This document shows positions 1 to 10,490 of a stretch of 64,000 nt of DNA, one piece after another. The notes beneath the pieces were generated by a model that saw only the letters and a program-made list of their open reading frames with translations, had not been told where the DNA came from and did not search any database. Within the stretch, counting starts at the first letter, position 1; each line of letters begins with the position of its first letter. The stretch spans positions 36,022,001-36,086,000 of the forward strand of contig NC_079170.1 of assembly GCF_947568905.1 (NCBI RefSeq), given 5' to 3'. Both the position numbers and the translations under genes were made by a program. The stretch is from Ostrea edulis (lineage: Eukaryota).

Positions 1-486
1 ATTACTTACATGCTTTGCAGAGGAGTGATTCTAAAAGTTAATTATGAAGCGCTTTGCAGATCACGAAAAGAAAGAAAGAAAAAAAATGAAATGATCTGAC
101 ATAATCGAAAAGCAAATATTTATTTCGTAAATTTTCTAATCACCATGTGGACAACTTGAACTGTAATTTTAATTCGCCCACTCGGAAATTTAATCGCATA
201 TGGCGAGTGGGCGACTATTAATTTCAAACCCTGAATTATGGGGGTATTTATAACTTGATCCAAAGAGTTGAAATTTGAAAAACGTAGATTTGAAAGGCAT
301 AGATTATAAACTCGTCGCTTTGCATCTTGTTTGATCAAATAATTTGTACCTGTCAAATTAACGAGATCAAACTCTTTCAATCAAGCTATTTTAGTAATAT
401 ATGCATAATATTATGGTAATCATGTATGAATGTATATACCACTGGCCTAACACATACAGTACATAAAACATGGCATTTCTGCCACT

Positions 487-778
487 GGGGCTCTGTTGTC
501 AGATATTGAAGCTTTGCATTATTTGTTCCCAATTATGAAATTGAAGTTTTGTGTTATTTATTCCCGAATAATAAATCATATAAATAAAATCCACCATCAA
601 AATCAGGTGTACATACTTTTTTCAATGTACAATTGCACATATCATAAACCTTTATTAAAATGACGAAAAAATCGGATTTTGGTGGTGAATTTTATTTATA
701 TAATTTATTATCACAAAACTTCAATTTATTAATTGGGAACAAATAATACAAAACTTCAATATCTGACAACCGAGCCCC
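487..778. mobile_element. Foldback/MITE-like element in SLC35E3 intron 1
   Basis: Long imperfect terminal inverted repeats (~130 bp): ggggctctgttgtcagatattgaagctttgcattatttgttcccaatt at 487 vs aattgggaacaaataatacaaaacttcaatatctgacaaccgagcccc ending 778. No coding capacity. Confidence 0.75.
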
Positions 779-846
779 TATGATTTCTGCAGCAAAGCAA
801 AAGCAAATCCATCACATGTTTGTAAATAGTGCAGCATTTTACTTAC

Positions 847-1236
847 TACTGTTAATTTAACACTTGTTGAAAACGTTTTAGTGTAAAACATGGTCTGTAT
901 CACCATGATGCACGGAGTCGTCAGCATCTTGATAAGCTGGTATGTTCCGACAGTGTTCGACTCTAGGGACAAATTAGTAAACACCACAAAACCGCAAAAC
1001 GTCAAAGCTAACGGCACCATCTTAAAAATGGGAACACTTTTAGGCTGAAAAATATTGAATTTTTGACAGACGAAAAGTCCCACTGTTGTTACGATGAAAT
1101 GAAGACACGTTAAACTGACATTTGGGAATCCATGCACCGTGTAAATCCATTTGTTTAACAGCACGATTGAAATGGAGGCAACGATGTTTAAAACAATTGC
1201 AAATGTCACAAAGGAATTTGAAGGTGGAGAGTGCAT
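847..1236 (-). CDS. SLC35E3: Solute carrier family 35 member E3 (nucleotide-sugar transporter-like), first coding exon; the rest of the gene lies left of the window
   Basis: 130 codons MHSPPS...LNIVASISIVLLNKWIY...FPNVSLTCLHF...LALTFCGFVVFTNLSLESNTVGTYQLIKMLTTP...FSTSVKLTV match the SLC35E3 N-terminus as I recall it. Ends at a phase-0 GTAAGT donor (846-841); the ORF-track tail VSKMLHY... is intron. Confidence 0.85.
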
Positions 1237-1471
1237 CGTTGAACTGTGGTGGGAATATGGGTAACAGAGGTAGCAGGCTGGGTTGTGTACCGTTGTCGCT
1301 TATGTCATCGCAGAATGTTGGGGAACGACTTCCTGTTTCGACCCCTTACATCATTGTCTATAACATTAGGAGTGGATCAAGGGGAACGGTGATCCCGATA
1401 CATGTTTTGTGATCGGAAAGATTATTGCCTGCCTATCCATCCGTGAATTGAGCATGAAAATCTAAAATAAT

Positions 1472-1879
1472 TATTTCAAGGGTCAAAAGTATTTCTGCAG
1501 TGCTAATTTTCACTGTATATTCATTGTACAACTTTCATTTTTAAAACCTCAACAAAATTTGATAATTAAAGTTATCACTATGAAATTTTCCGAATATATA
1601 CAGAATTCACTCAAGATTCGTGACAAATGCTACTTTTAGTGTTATTTTTTGTGGGTCGATTTATGAATTACTAGGCATAGACTTTTTAAAATGTGTAAAA
1701 TTAAGTTCAAATAAAGTTCTTACAACATGACTATCCTATGCATAATTTGTGAAATTTTTCTCTGCAGAAGAAATATTTTCATGATAGGTGCTTTAAAAAA
1801 ATGATTTATTCAATGATTTACAGATGTGGATATATAATGAAAATTATCAGTGCAGAAATACTTTTGACTCTTGAGTGTA
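1472..1879. mobile_element. Non-autonomous TIR element (MITE)
   Basis: ~45-bp inverted repeats: caagggtcaaaagtatttctgcagtgctaattttca (1477-) vs tgaaaattatcagtgcagaaatacttttgactcttg (-1873). Confidence 0.65.
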
Positions 1880-2094
1880 TTATATTTGGCCTATTTAAGA
1901 CATTCACCCCGACTTGTGAAATTTTTGAGCGGTACACGTTGTTTCCTACACATTAATTTTTAAAATTATCAAAAAAAAATTATAATAATGATAATAATAA
2001 TAATATCCTTTATTTATACAGGATTGCACAATTAGTTGTATAAACTAGTTTACATTGTGGTCCTGTCTATAACATATATACATATCTTAGCTAC

Positions 2095-2507
2095 AAACTC
2101 TTTTTTATTCAAAATCCAAAAAATTGACTCAAAGTACTGCAATCATTGTCATTCTGAAGAGGAAACAATAGAACATATTCTGTGAGAATGTGATTTTTTA
2201 CAATTATTCCTAGCAGAATTTGAGCATTTTTTAGAAGATAAGATTGATTTACAGATAGCTATTACAAACAAAAAATCTTTTATTCTTGGTTTTATTGAAA
2301 ATAATAGTCTGATACAAAACACTATTGTCTTATGGCTTAAATACTATGTGAACACAGCAAGATGCACTGAGAAGTCCTTGGGTGTGTGTGCTGCAATTTC
2401 ACAAATGAATTTTTTTTTATGAAACTCAAAAATTTATTTCGTAAAAAAATGGTAAAAAGGAAAAGTTTGATGCCCAATGGAATCGATGGAACCTTCTGTT
2501 TACTTAA
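2095..2507 (+). mobile_element. 3' fragment of a Tx1/L1-like LINE (ORF2 C-terminal zinc-binding region), decayed
   Basis: One frame reads CNHCHSEEETIEHIL*EC...LWLKYYVNTARC...YETQKFIS*KNGKKEKFDAQWNRW, typical of the zf-RVT and terminal region, with in-frame stops. A (CT)n tract follows. Confidence 0.75.
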
Positions 2508-2617
2508 CTTCTCTCTCTTCTCTCTCTCTCTCAAATCCCACATACCTTCAGCTCATATGCTTTGTTTCTTTCTTCTTTTTTTTTCTTCTTCTCTGGATAT
2601 AATATTATTGTATATTT

Positions 2618-2746
2618 NNNNNNNNNNNNNNNNNNNNNNNNNNNNNNNNNNNNNNNNNNNNNNNNNNNNNNNNNNNNNNNNNNNNNNNNNNNNNNNNNNN
2701 NNNNNNNNNNNNNNNNNNNNNNNNNNNNNNNNNNNNNNNNNNNNNN
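2618..2746. other. Assembly gap (N run)
   Basis: 129 N. Confidence 0.99.
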
Positions 2747-4675
2747 TATCGAGAACATTTATCACAAAACATGGAAATATTACAATTTATATACATACAG
2801 ATAGGAACTAAACGAAAAGAGACAATAAACACACGGGTACCATTGAGGATCAAAATAATGTTTTAGATAGGTGACACAGCCATTATAAACAAGCTGAGCT
2901 GGATTTTGAAAAGGATGTTACAATCTGAATTAGAGTTTTTGTACTGGAATGTCCATTTTCTCAGTACAGGTTTTCGACATTCACCTGAGACAACGTAATT
3001 AAATGTTCATTACTGTATGCGGTACATAAGCATTCTAGAAATGGAGCCAGCAGTAATTTAACCTGTTTTTATGGTCATTCAGCAACTTAGTTGCCATGTC
3101 AACTTGCAATTGTATACATTGGTATACTCATTACTGGGATTTGCATGCATGCAGGTTTTAAGCTGCACGCACCATTCTCATTCAGTAAATATCAAACTTT
3201 TAGGAGAGATCGTATACACTTCTTGATGAGTTTATTATTTCTCAACTGTTACTTTTATACACGTGTCAAGTTTCCTAGATTAGTTTGACGATAAGACCCA
3301 TTCTTCTATATAACAGTTACAATTCAAAAATGAAGCAGACATTGTCATTACGTACCTGGTGTTCCGCCCGTCGGTCCTATGTAATAGAGTACCCGTATCT
3401 ATATACATGTACCGGGTATGTGCAATGCTGCACCTTGTCTTCATTTTTCGGATGAATGACAAAGAAAACTTTTGAGGGCAGGTTCAGTCCTATAGTACAT
3501 GTAACTCAAGGCTTATTTAATCAAGGTTAGATCGCAAAGGTCAAAGTTATTCGGGAAATACAAGGACAAGCTCATTATACATGTATAAGGTAATTCCACC
3601 CTCTAGAATTATATGTTCAATCTTATATTTGATTGCTGATTCTTCAAATGATATATCTTAGTAACAAATAAAAATGATAAAATAAGTATGTTGCGATATT
3701 AATATATTTTTTTTTTTATCAATTAGCACACATATATCTGTTATCAACGTCAGAAAATTACAATTTCCCTTAAACAGCATTATCAAAATTTCCCAAAAAG
3801 TAGTTAAAACGATATAATAGTATTTATAAAAAAAAATTCATGAAACTGTTTTTTCAAAAGATACACAAAATGTTTGTGCAAAATAAAGGAAATCTATCAC
3901 ATAATGGACTTGATAAATAATATAATGAAAACAGTTATTGCCCTTGGATTCAATATTTTGAAACATATACATGTAATTGATTATTCATATATAACTTTAA
4001 AAGACTTTTGAAATATTTCATGGTTAACAAGATTTTTTTTACATTAACTATTGAAATAGACTCCAACAAAATATATGTTCCTGTCATGCAGAAATCTTAT
4101 TAAATCATTGAATTTGCGAAATCTTATGACGTCACAGGAGGGTGGAACTACGTTATTTCTAATGGTCAGTAAATATTGAATGTCAGTTGTCGAGTTATGA
4201 GAGCACCACAGAGCTCACAATTCTTTCTAATGTAAACAAGGCTCCGTATCCTGACATGTGTTTGTGTACATATATGGGTGAAACATACAAGCAAAAGTTT
4301 CGTTTAAAGCAGATTTTTCAATTGCAAGTTAATTCTGAACACAATTAAACATATTCTAGTGTTTGTCACATCTCATTTTGTTTTAAACATGATATTTTCT
4401 ATATTAAGCAATTTATAGGACACGAGCCTTGTTTACATAACAAAGAATTGCGAGTACTGTTTCTCACTTGTACCTCAACAACTGACATTTAAATCTTTGT
4501 TGACCATGAGAAATACCTTAGTTAAGCATTGTAAACATTAACAATGGTAAAATAAAATTTTTAAGAAATCAGTTCAAATCGTGTCCATGCTCCTTTAAGA
4601 TCATTCAGTATCAGTATAGTTCCTGTCGCGACTTTCGTGTAGACATGAAGATATTCATACACGTACGTGCTCCAA

Positions 4676-4813
4676 TGTTAGGGATATCGATAAGAGGAGT
4701 AGAGACAATTCTATCGCTGATGTTAGGGATATCGATATGAGGAGTAGAGACAATTCTATCGCTGATGTTAGGGATATCGATATGAGGAGTAGAGACAATT
4801 CTATCGCTGATGT
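4676..4813. repeat. Minisatellite, 45-nt unit x3
   Basis: tgttagggatatcgatatgaggagtagagacaattctatcgctga repeated. Confidence 0.9.
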
Positions 4814-4848
4814 CGAAGAACGGGATAACTATTGTGATATCGGTATTT

Positions 4849-5297
4849 TTCTGTCAGTGTCTCCGGGTCGATGTCGATATCAGTATTTCTCTTGCTTGAT
4901 ATTCAGTGTCTCCTGGTCGATGTCGATATCAGTATTTCTCTTGCTTGATATTCAGTGTCTCCGGGTCGATGTCGATATCAGTATTTCTCTTGCTTGATAT
5001 TCAGTGTCTCCGGGTCGATGTCGATATCAGTATTTCTCTTGCTTGATATTCAGTGTCTCCGGGTCGATGTCGATATCAGTATTTCTCTTGCTTGATATTC
5101 AGTGTCTCCGGGTCGATGTCGATATCAGTATTTCTCTTGCTTGATATTCAGTGTCTCCGGGTCGATGTCGATATCAGTATTTCTCTTGCTTGATATTCAG
5201 TGTCTCCGGGTCGATGTCGATATCAGTATTTCTCTTGCTTGATATTCAGTGTCTCCGGGTCGATGTCGATATCAGTATTTCTTTTGCTTGATATTGA
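4849..5297. repeat. Minisatellite, 49-nt unit x~9, near-identical copies
   Basis: gatattcagtgtctccgggtcgatgtcgatatcagtatttctcttgctt; period checked at 4898 and 4947. Confidence 0.95.
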
Positions 5298-5812
5298 TGT
5301 CGATTTGCTGAAGACGTGTTGAACAATGTCAACATAAGTATTACCCTTCATCGATATATGTTGTGATATCTTTATCATTTTACCGATATTTTACTATTCT
5401 ATCGATGTAGATATCAGATTTGGACAGACATATGATATTTAACATGATATGAATGATGAAAATAAGACTGGTGTTCCAAATGTCCATGCCAAGTATCTAT
5501 AAACAATATGACACACGGCATTTAGAATTGACTGTATTCAACAATACGACACACATAAATATATTTACAATTAATTGTATAAACCAAGATAAAGCTAGTA
5601 TTAACAATTAAATATACACAACAAATTAATGCAGATTATTTAGAATTGATTAAATTCAACAAAATGAAAATGTTAACAGTATAGTTTTGACCCCCACTCA
5701 GTCCCTTTTGGAGGGGCTGTCCCCTAACATGTGGTATTGTCAAATAGACCTCGTCATTATATACAACTAGAATGACGAACACTGTGTGACAACAAGACGG
5801 ATATTTCTCGCG

Positions 5813-6084
5813 CTATTTACCGCGGGCTCCCAATCTGCAAAAGAAAGAACAGTCCATTATATGAAGATTACAAGACCAACGAATTATAGCTATATTTGAC
5901 TGCTTTAGAGGTTCTCAATAACCAGGAGTTAATATTTATTTATCTATCTATCTATCTATCTACATTCTATTTATCTATCTACATGTAACATTGGAATTGT
6001 TACAAGAGCTGTAGCAAACCATGACTGCAACAAAACAATCAATCACTAGTCAATTTGCATTATCAGCAGCATCTTTTTCAAGAC

Positions 6085-6126
<42 letters not shown>

Positions 6127-9100
6127 CCTCCATTGTGGTTTGGGTGGCGGCCTGGCAGGTGTTGCATAATTTTGGTGCCTCACTACCGAGGAAAATGACG
6201 GCACAGCATACTTTTGAAGATCATGCTGACGAAGCCTTGTTTGGAGAATGTCCTTATCCCCTTCAGCATGACGTAGATTTTCCTCCAACATCTTGTTTTC
6301 TTTTTTCAGTTCCTCATTTTCTTTTTCAGTCTCACTCAGCTGTTGAGCAAGTACGTGTTTGTCCTTCTCTAAACCCTCTATTTGTGACATGCGTTCTTTG
6401 ATGTCCCCCCGGAGGTCTGACACCTCTTTGGTGTGCTTTACCTGGGCTTCTTTTGCTTGCTGGCTAAGGGCTTGATATTTCATCTCCACTTCTTTCTTCT
6501 CAGTCAGCACGCTTTTGTACTCCGTTTCCAGCCTGACCTTCTCCTTGTTCACGACCTTGAGCCTGCGCAATCTCTCCTCGTGATCAGTTTTAAGGGTTTC
6601 CATCATGGCCTGCAACAGTTTGTATTCATCCTCTTTCTTTTCTAATTTCTTTTCCAATATCACTTTCTCTCTTTCCTTTGCTTGCATGGATCTGCTATTG
6701 CTCTTGCTTTGTCTCAACACGTCTTCTTTCAGTCCATCATTTATTCTTTTCAATTCGTGATATTCGCGTTCCTTCTCCTCCAACATGGTCTTCAAATTTT
6801 CAACAGACTTCAAAAGATCCTCCAAACGCTGAGACAACTCGCTCTTCTGTCGTCGAAGTTTTTCAAAGTCATTTTTTAAATGTTTGTGTTCTTGTTGGAG
6901 AGTTAAGAGTTGATCCCTGTCTTGCTTTCTCTCAGACTCTAAGTTTTCTCGAATGTTGCGCAATTCGTCTTTGATTTCTTCTTTCATTTTGTGTAGATCC
7001 TCCTGTCGTACTGTGTCGGTGCTTTTCGAAGACGAGGCTGAACCCTGACCTCCACTTTTGTCATTTTCTTTTGACGTTGATGTGTCATCGATGGAACCCT
7101 ATACAAAGAATATTTCTTATGTATTCTTTTTTAAAAAGACAATAGGGATTAAGAATTAAGTTAATATTTTTTACACGAAAACCATTTCTATAGAAGTCAG
7201 AGTATTAGATGGACGGCAAAGATAACGAACATTGATCAATCCCATAACTCCTTTAAGCAATGCAAAATAAAGAAATGGGCAAACACGGACCCCTGGATAT
7301 ACTGATATATAGGTAATTGATAGTGGTGCGACTTTTTATGTCGCAATGAAATTAGATAAAAATACTGTACCATTTGCGTTAGAGCTTTATACCCAATAGG
7401 TATGTACTTCATGGGAATAATTTAATTCAAACTTTTTTGTTATGAAATGTCATAATTATGAAAAAGTGAAGATAGCGAACAATCATTAATCTCTTGAATC
7501 TTATAAAGAATACAAAATGGAAAGTTGGGCAACCTTTTGTTGACCAGTTACCTACATAATTTTACATCGTCACCACTTAATTTATATAAGGCGGCTGTCA
7601 ATTGCAAAACAATGTAATTCGTATCGCTGAGTGATTATTTTGGAAAGATTTAGAATAGTACGCAAACACGCAACATCGTTTTTCAAAGTGTAGGGACAGT
7701 CGGAAGAGAAATTGTCTTCTACAATTGTTGACAAGCAGAAAAGGAACCTAAATGTCTCTTTTGCCCAAACTTCGTAGTCCTAAATTGGAGGGAGGGGGCT
7801 CCGTTCATCCTTCAATTGATCAGTGAATTCAATATTACATTTTTACCATTCATTACTACCATCAAAAGAGTTGGGTGGGGGCCAATCCGCCAATTAATCT
7901 TATTTCACATGTTAAAAACGTTTGCATGTGAAAATAACAGAATTAGAACGTTGTCAAAAAAATGGAGGGTCAGCCCCGTGGTTCTACGTATTTAACAGTA
8001 CAATCGAAAAACAATAAATGCTCTTAATTGTATATATATCACATACATATTAATAAGCATTGGGGAGGGATTGCACCCTATCATTTTGAGAGAGAGATAG
8101 AAAAAGAGAGAGGAGTTGAATAACTGGCGATAGCCATATAAATTATTTAAATTGAGTGGCGGCCGCCATATAAATTAAGTGGCGGCCGTCAGTTATAATT
8201 TATCTGACTGCCGCCACTTAATTTATGTGGCGGCCGCCAGATAATAAGTGGCGGCCGCCAGTTAAATTAAGTGGTGGCCGCCACATAAATTAAGTGGCGG
8301 CTGCCAGTTAAATAAATATTTATTCTATACCCTGGCACCTATCGGCTTCCGTGGTAATCGGCACAGTTGTTAAATAATTTAAAAGAATAAAATCCAAAAA
8401 TCCAAAATGATCACATAATAATGATCGATCAGTTCCAGCTAGTACTTTAGCCTTACGGCTCTCCAGGCAGTTTGTCCATGAAACTGAAACGTTCAAAACG
8501 TGTTTGATATATATACGATTTTGTGATAATGTGAATACATGTATATGGGATTACCAGTATCTGAAATACTTACTAGTATCTGTGTCCTTGTGTGAGTGGT
8601 GCACCCTTTAATAAACACAGAATAAAGAATCACGTTAGTCATAGACATAAATTAATCATTGATCAAACACAATGTAGGTAACAGCGTTCTACACACTTCC
8701 GTGACTAACTCAGATAGTTTCACTTGGTTCTTTTGTCCGTATTGTCCCGTTGAAAAATGTTTTTATGGTTAGAGAAATAGTTCACGTGCGTTAAAACCTT
8801 TTCAAATGCAATTTTGGACAACATTTAAAATATGGGTTTACTGGGGACAAAGTTTAATCTTTTGGGGTATTAGTGTGGTATGTACAGTATATATTTTGGG
8901 GAAAAATGAGAAAGGATTATTTTTTGATAAATTGATGAAATTCAGGATCATCGTCAATTTTGGAAGCACTGTAACAATACAGCAGAATATATATAGCAGA
9001 ATAATACCCGGCAGAATATATACAGCAGAATATATATAGCAGAATAATACCCGGCAGAATATATACAGCAGAATATATACAGCAGAATATATATAGCAGA

Positions 9101-9665
9101 ATAATACCCGGCAGAATATATACAGCAGAATATATATAGCAGAATAATACCCGGCAGAATATATACAGCAGAATATATATAGCAGAATAATACCCGGCAG
9201 AATATATACAGCAGAATATATATAGCAGAATAATACCCGGCAGAATATATACAGCAGAAAATATATAGCAGAATAATACCCGGCAGAATATATACAGCAG
9301 AATATATATAGCAGAATAATACCCGGAATGAACATCACACTCATATACAAACCGACAATGCCAGAAATCCCCTCCAAGTCATCAGCTACATGTTGGAACC
9401 CAGAATTTCTCAAAGCTTTCATAAAAATCCCCAAAGCTCCTGATTTCTGCTTTAAAAGTATGTACAAAAATTCCTCCATCTTTTCCGGCTCGCTGATTGG
9501 TCGATTTTTTATGTCCATCCATTGGTCCGGGGTAATGATGCCTTTCTCAATGAGAGGATCAACGACCTCCGACAGCTTGACGTTACGTTTAACGTGACCC
9601 CAGTTAGAGACAATTCTCACCTCATCTTTGTTATTGTTAATGATTATTTTCCGGTTTTTATCCAT
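5813..9665 (-). CDS. CARD plus long coiled-coil protein, ~433 aa, three coding exons
   Basis: Exon 9665-9357 encodes a CARD-like helical domain (MDKNRK...NVKLSEVVDPLIEKGIITPDQWMDIK...EKMEEFLYILLKQKSGALGIFMKALRNSGFQHVADDLEGISGI); acceptor ttttaag at 9671, phase-0 donor gtcggt (an alternative phase-1 gtttgt at 9352 would need an extra exon). Exon 7098-6128 (acceptor tttgtatag, 323 codons, E/K/L heptad-rich) ends at a weak gtacct donor. Exon 5834-5813 (ttttgcag acceptor) gives ...PKPQWRLGARGK*. A probable 5' UTR exon ends at 9974 (GTAAGT). Confidence 0.75.
6089..6123. repeat. (GA)n microsatellite at the start of the last intron of the CARD gene
   Basis: Perfect dinucleotide run; source of the spurious ERERER and LSLSLS ORF tails. 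Confidence 0.95.
8146..8312. repeat. GC-rich self-complementary repeat cluster (aattaagtggcggccgcca units, with an internal inversion)
   Basis: About 7 units of ~22 nt around GGCGGCCGCC, in both orientations. Confidence 0.8.
8981..9326. repeat. Intronic minisatellite, 43-nt unit built from 14-15-nt subunits, x~8
   Basis: gcagaatatatacagcagaatatatatagcagaataatacccg; period checked at 9007 and 9050. Confidence 0.9.
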
Positions 9666-10490
9666 GACCACTTAAAATGAAATGAAATGATTTGCGAATT
9701 TTTATATTTAAAGAGGCATTTCAATGATAATTTTATGTAGCTTATCCATGTTTTTAACAAGTTCGAAACTTCTCAATAAGATTATTTTCAACAAGTTGCA
9801 TGTAAAATACTTAAATCTTCAAAAGATAAATGAAATTCATTTCAGCATTTACCTCATGTGTACACAATGCAAGGTACATTACAACTTCTCCCAGAAACCA
9901 ATTTTCAGTGCATCACAACATACAAGTACAACTTAATTATTATTTTTTTTTAGAATTTCAAAAATATACTTACAGACTGAAAAAGACATACCCAAATATT
10001 ATTTGAAATTTGAAATGAACCGTTCAAAATATACAAAGTCAGTATGGCAGAGTTCCAAATGTCTTTGGAGGCAAACAAAGTACTTTTGTTATTTAGAATA
10101 GAAAAGGGGTTAAAGTGACACTTCCTTCGAAATCATAGGTGGTTGACTGACCTTCATGTAAAACCAGTGCATTTTATAAATATATTATGATTAACAAAGT
10201 AATAGGTTATCACTGTTGATCTGGTTATAGTACCTAATTATTATCTTATCTTATTTTTTTCTGTTGAATTTATATTATTTTTATTTTTCAGATTGCCATT
10301 ACTTTGTAAAATGCTTTATGATTATAGTGATGGTTCAATTTTTACAGCACATGATGTGGTGCATCTCCGAAGAATCACAGTAATGGAGGCAATCACCGCC
10401 TTTTAACTAACCAAAAATGTAGATTTCAAAACAGTTGAATAGAAAAGAATATTATCGAATAGAAATGATGACAGGTCTGAATTGTTATCA

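Noticed and set aside
1122-1412. Plus-strand 96-aa ORF as a gene divergent from SLC35E3
   Set aside because: Overlaps the SLC35E3 exon antisense, has no recognisable motif and no clear splice support.
2386-2853. ORFs spanning the N runs (also 13804-14278)
   Set aside because: Artefacts of undefined bases.
3337-3380. 21-nt minus-strand micro-exon (catag/GACCGACGGGCGGAACACCAG/gtacgt)
   Set aside because: Good donor, but there is no gene model it could join; the CARD gene already stops at 5813.
8838-9356. Hydrophobic repetitive C-terminal half of ORF 8838-9671 as a membrane domain
   Set aside because: It is read-through into the intronic 43-nt minisatellite.
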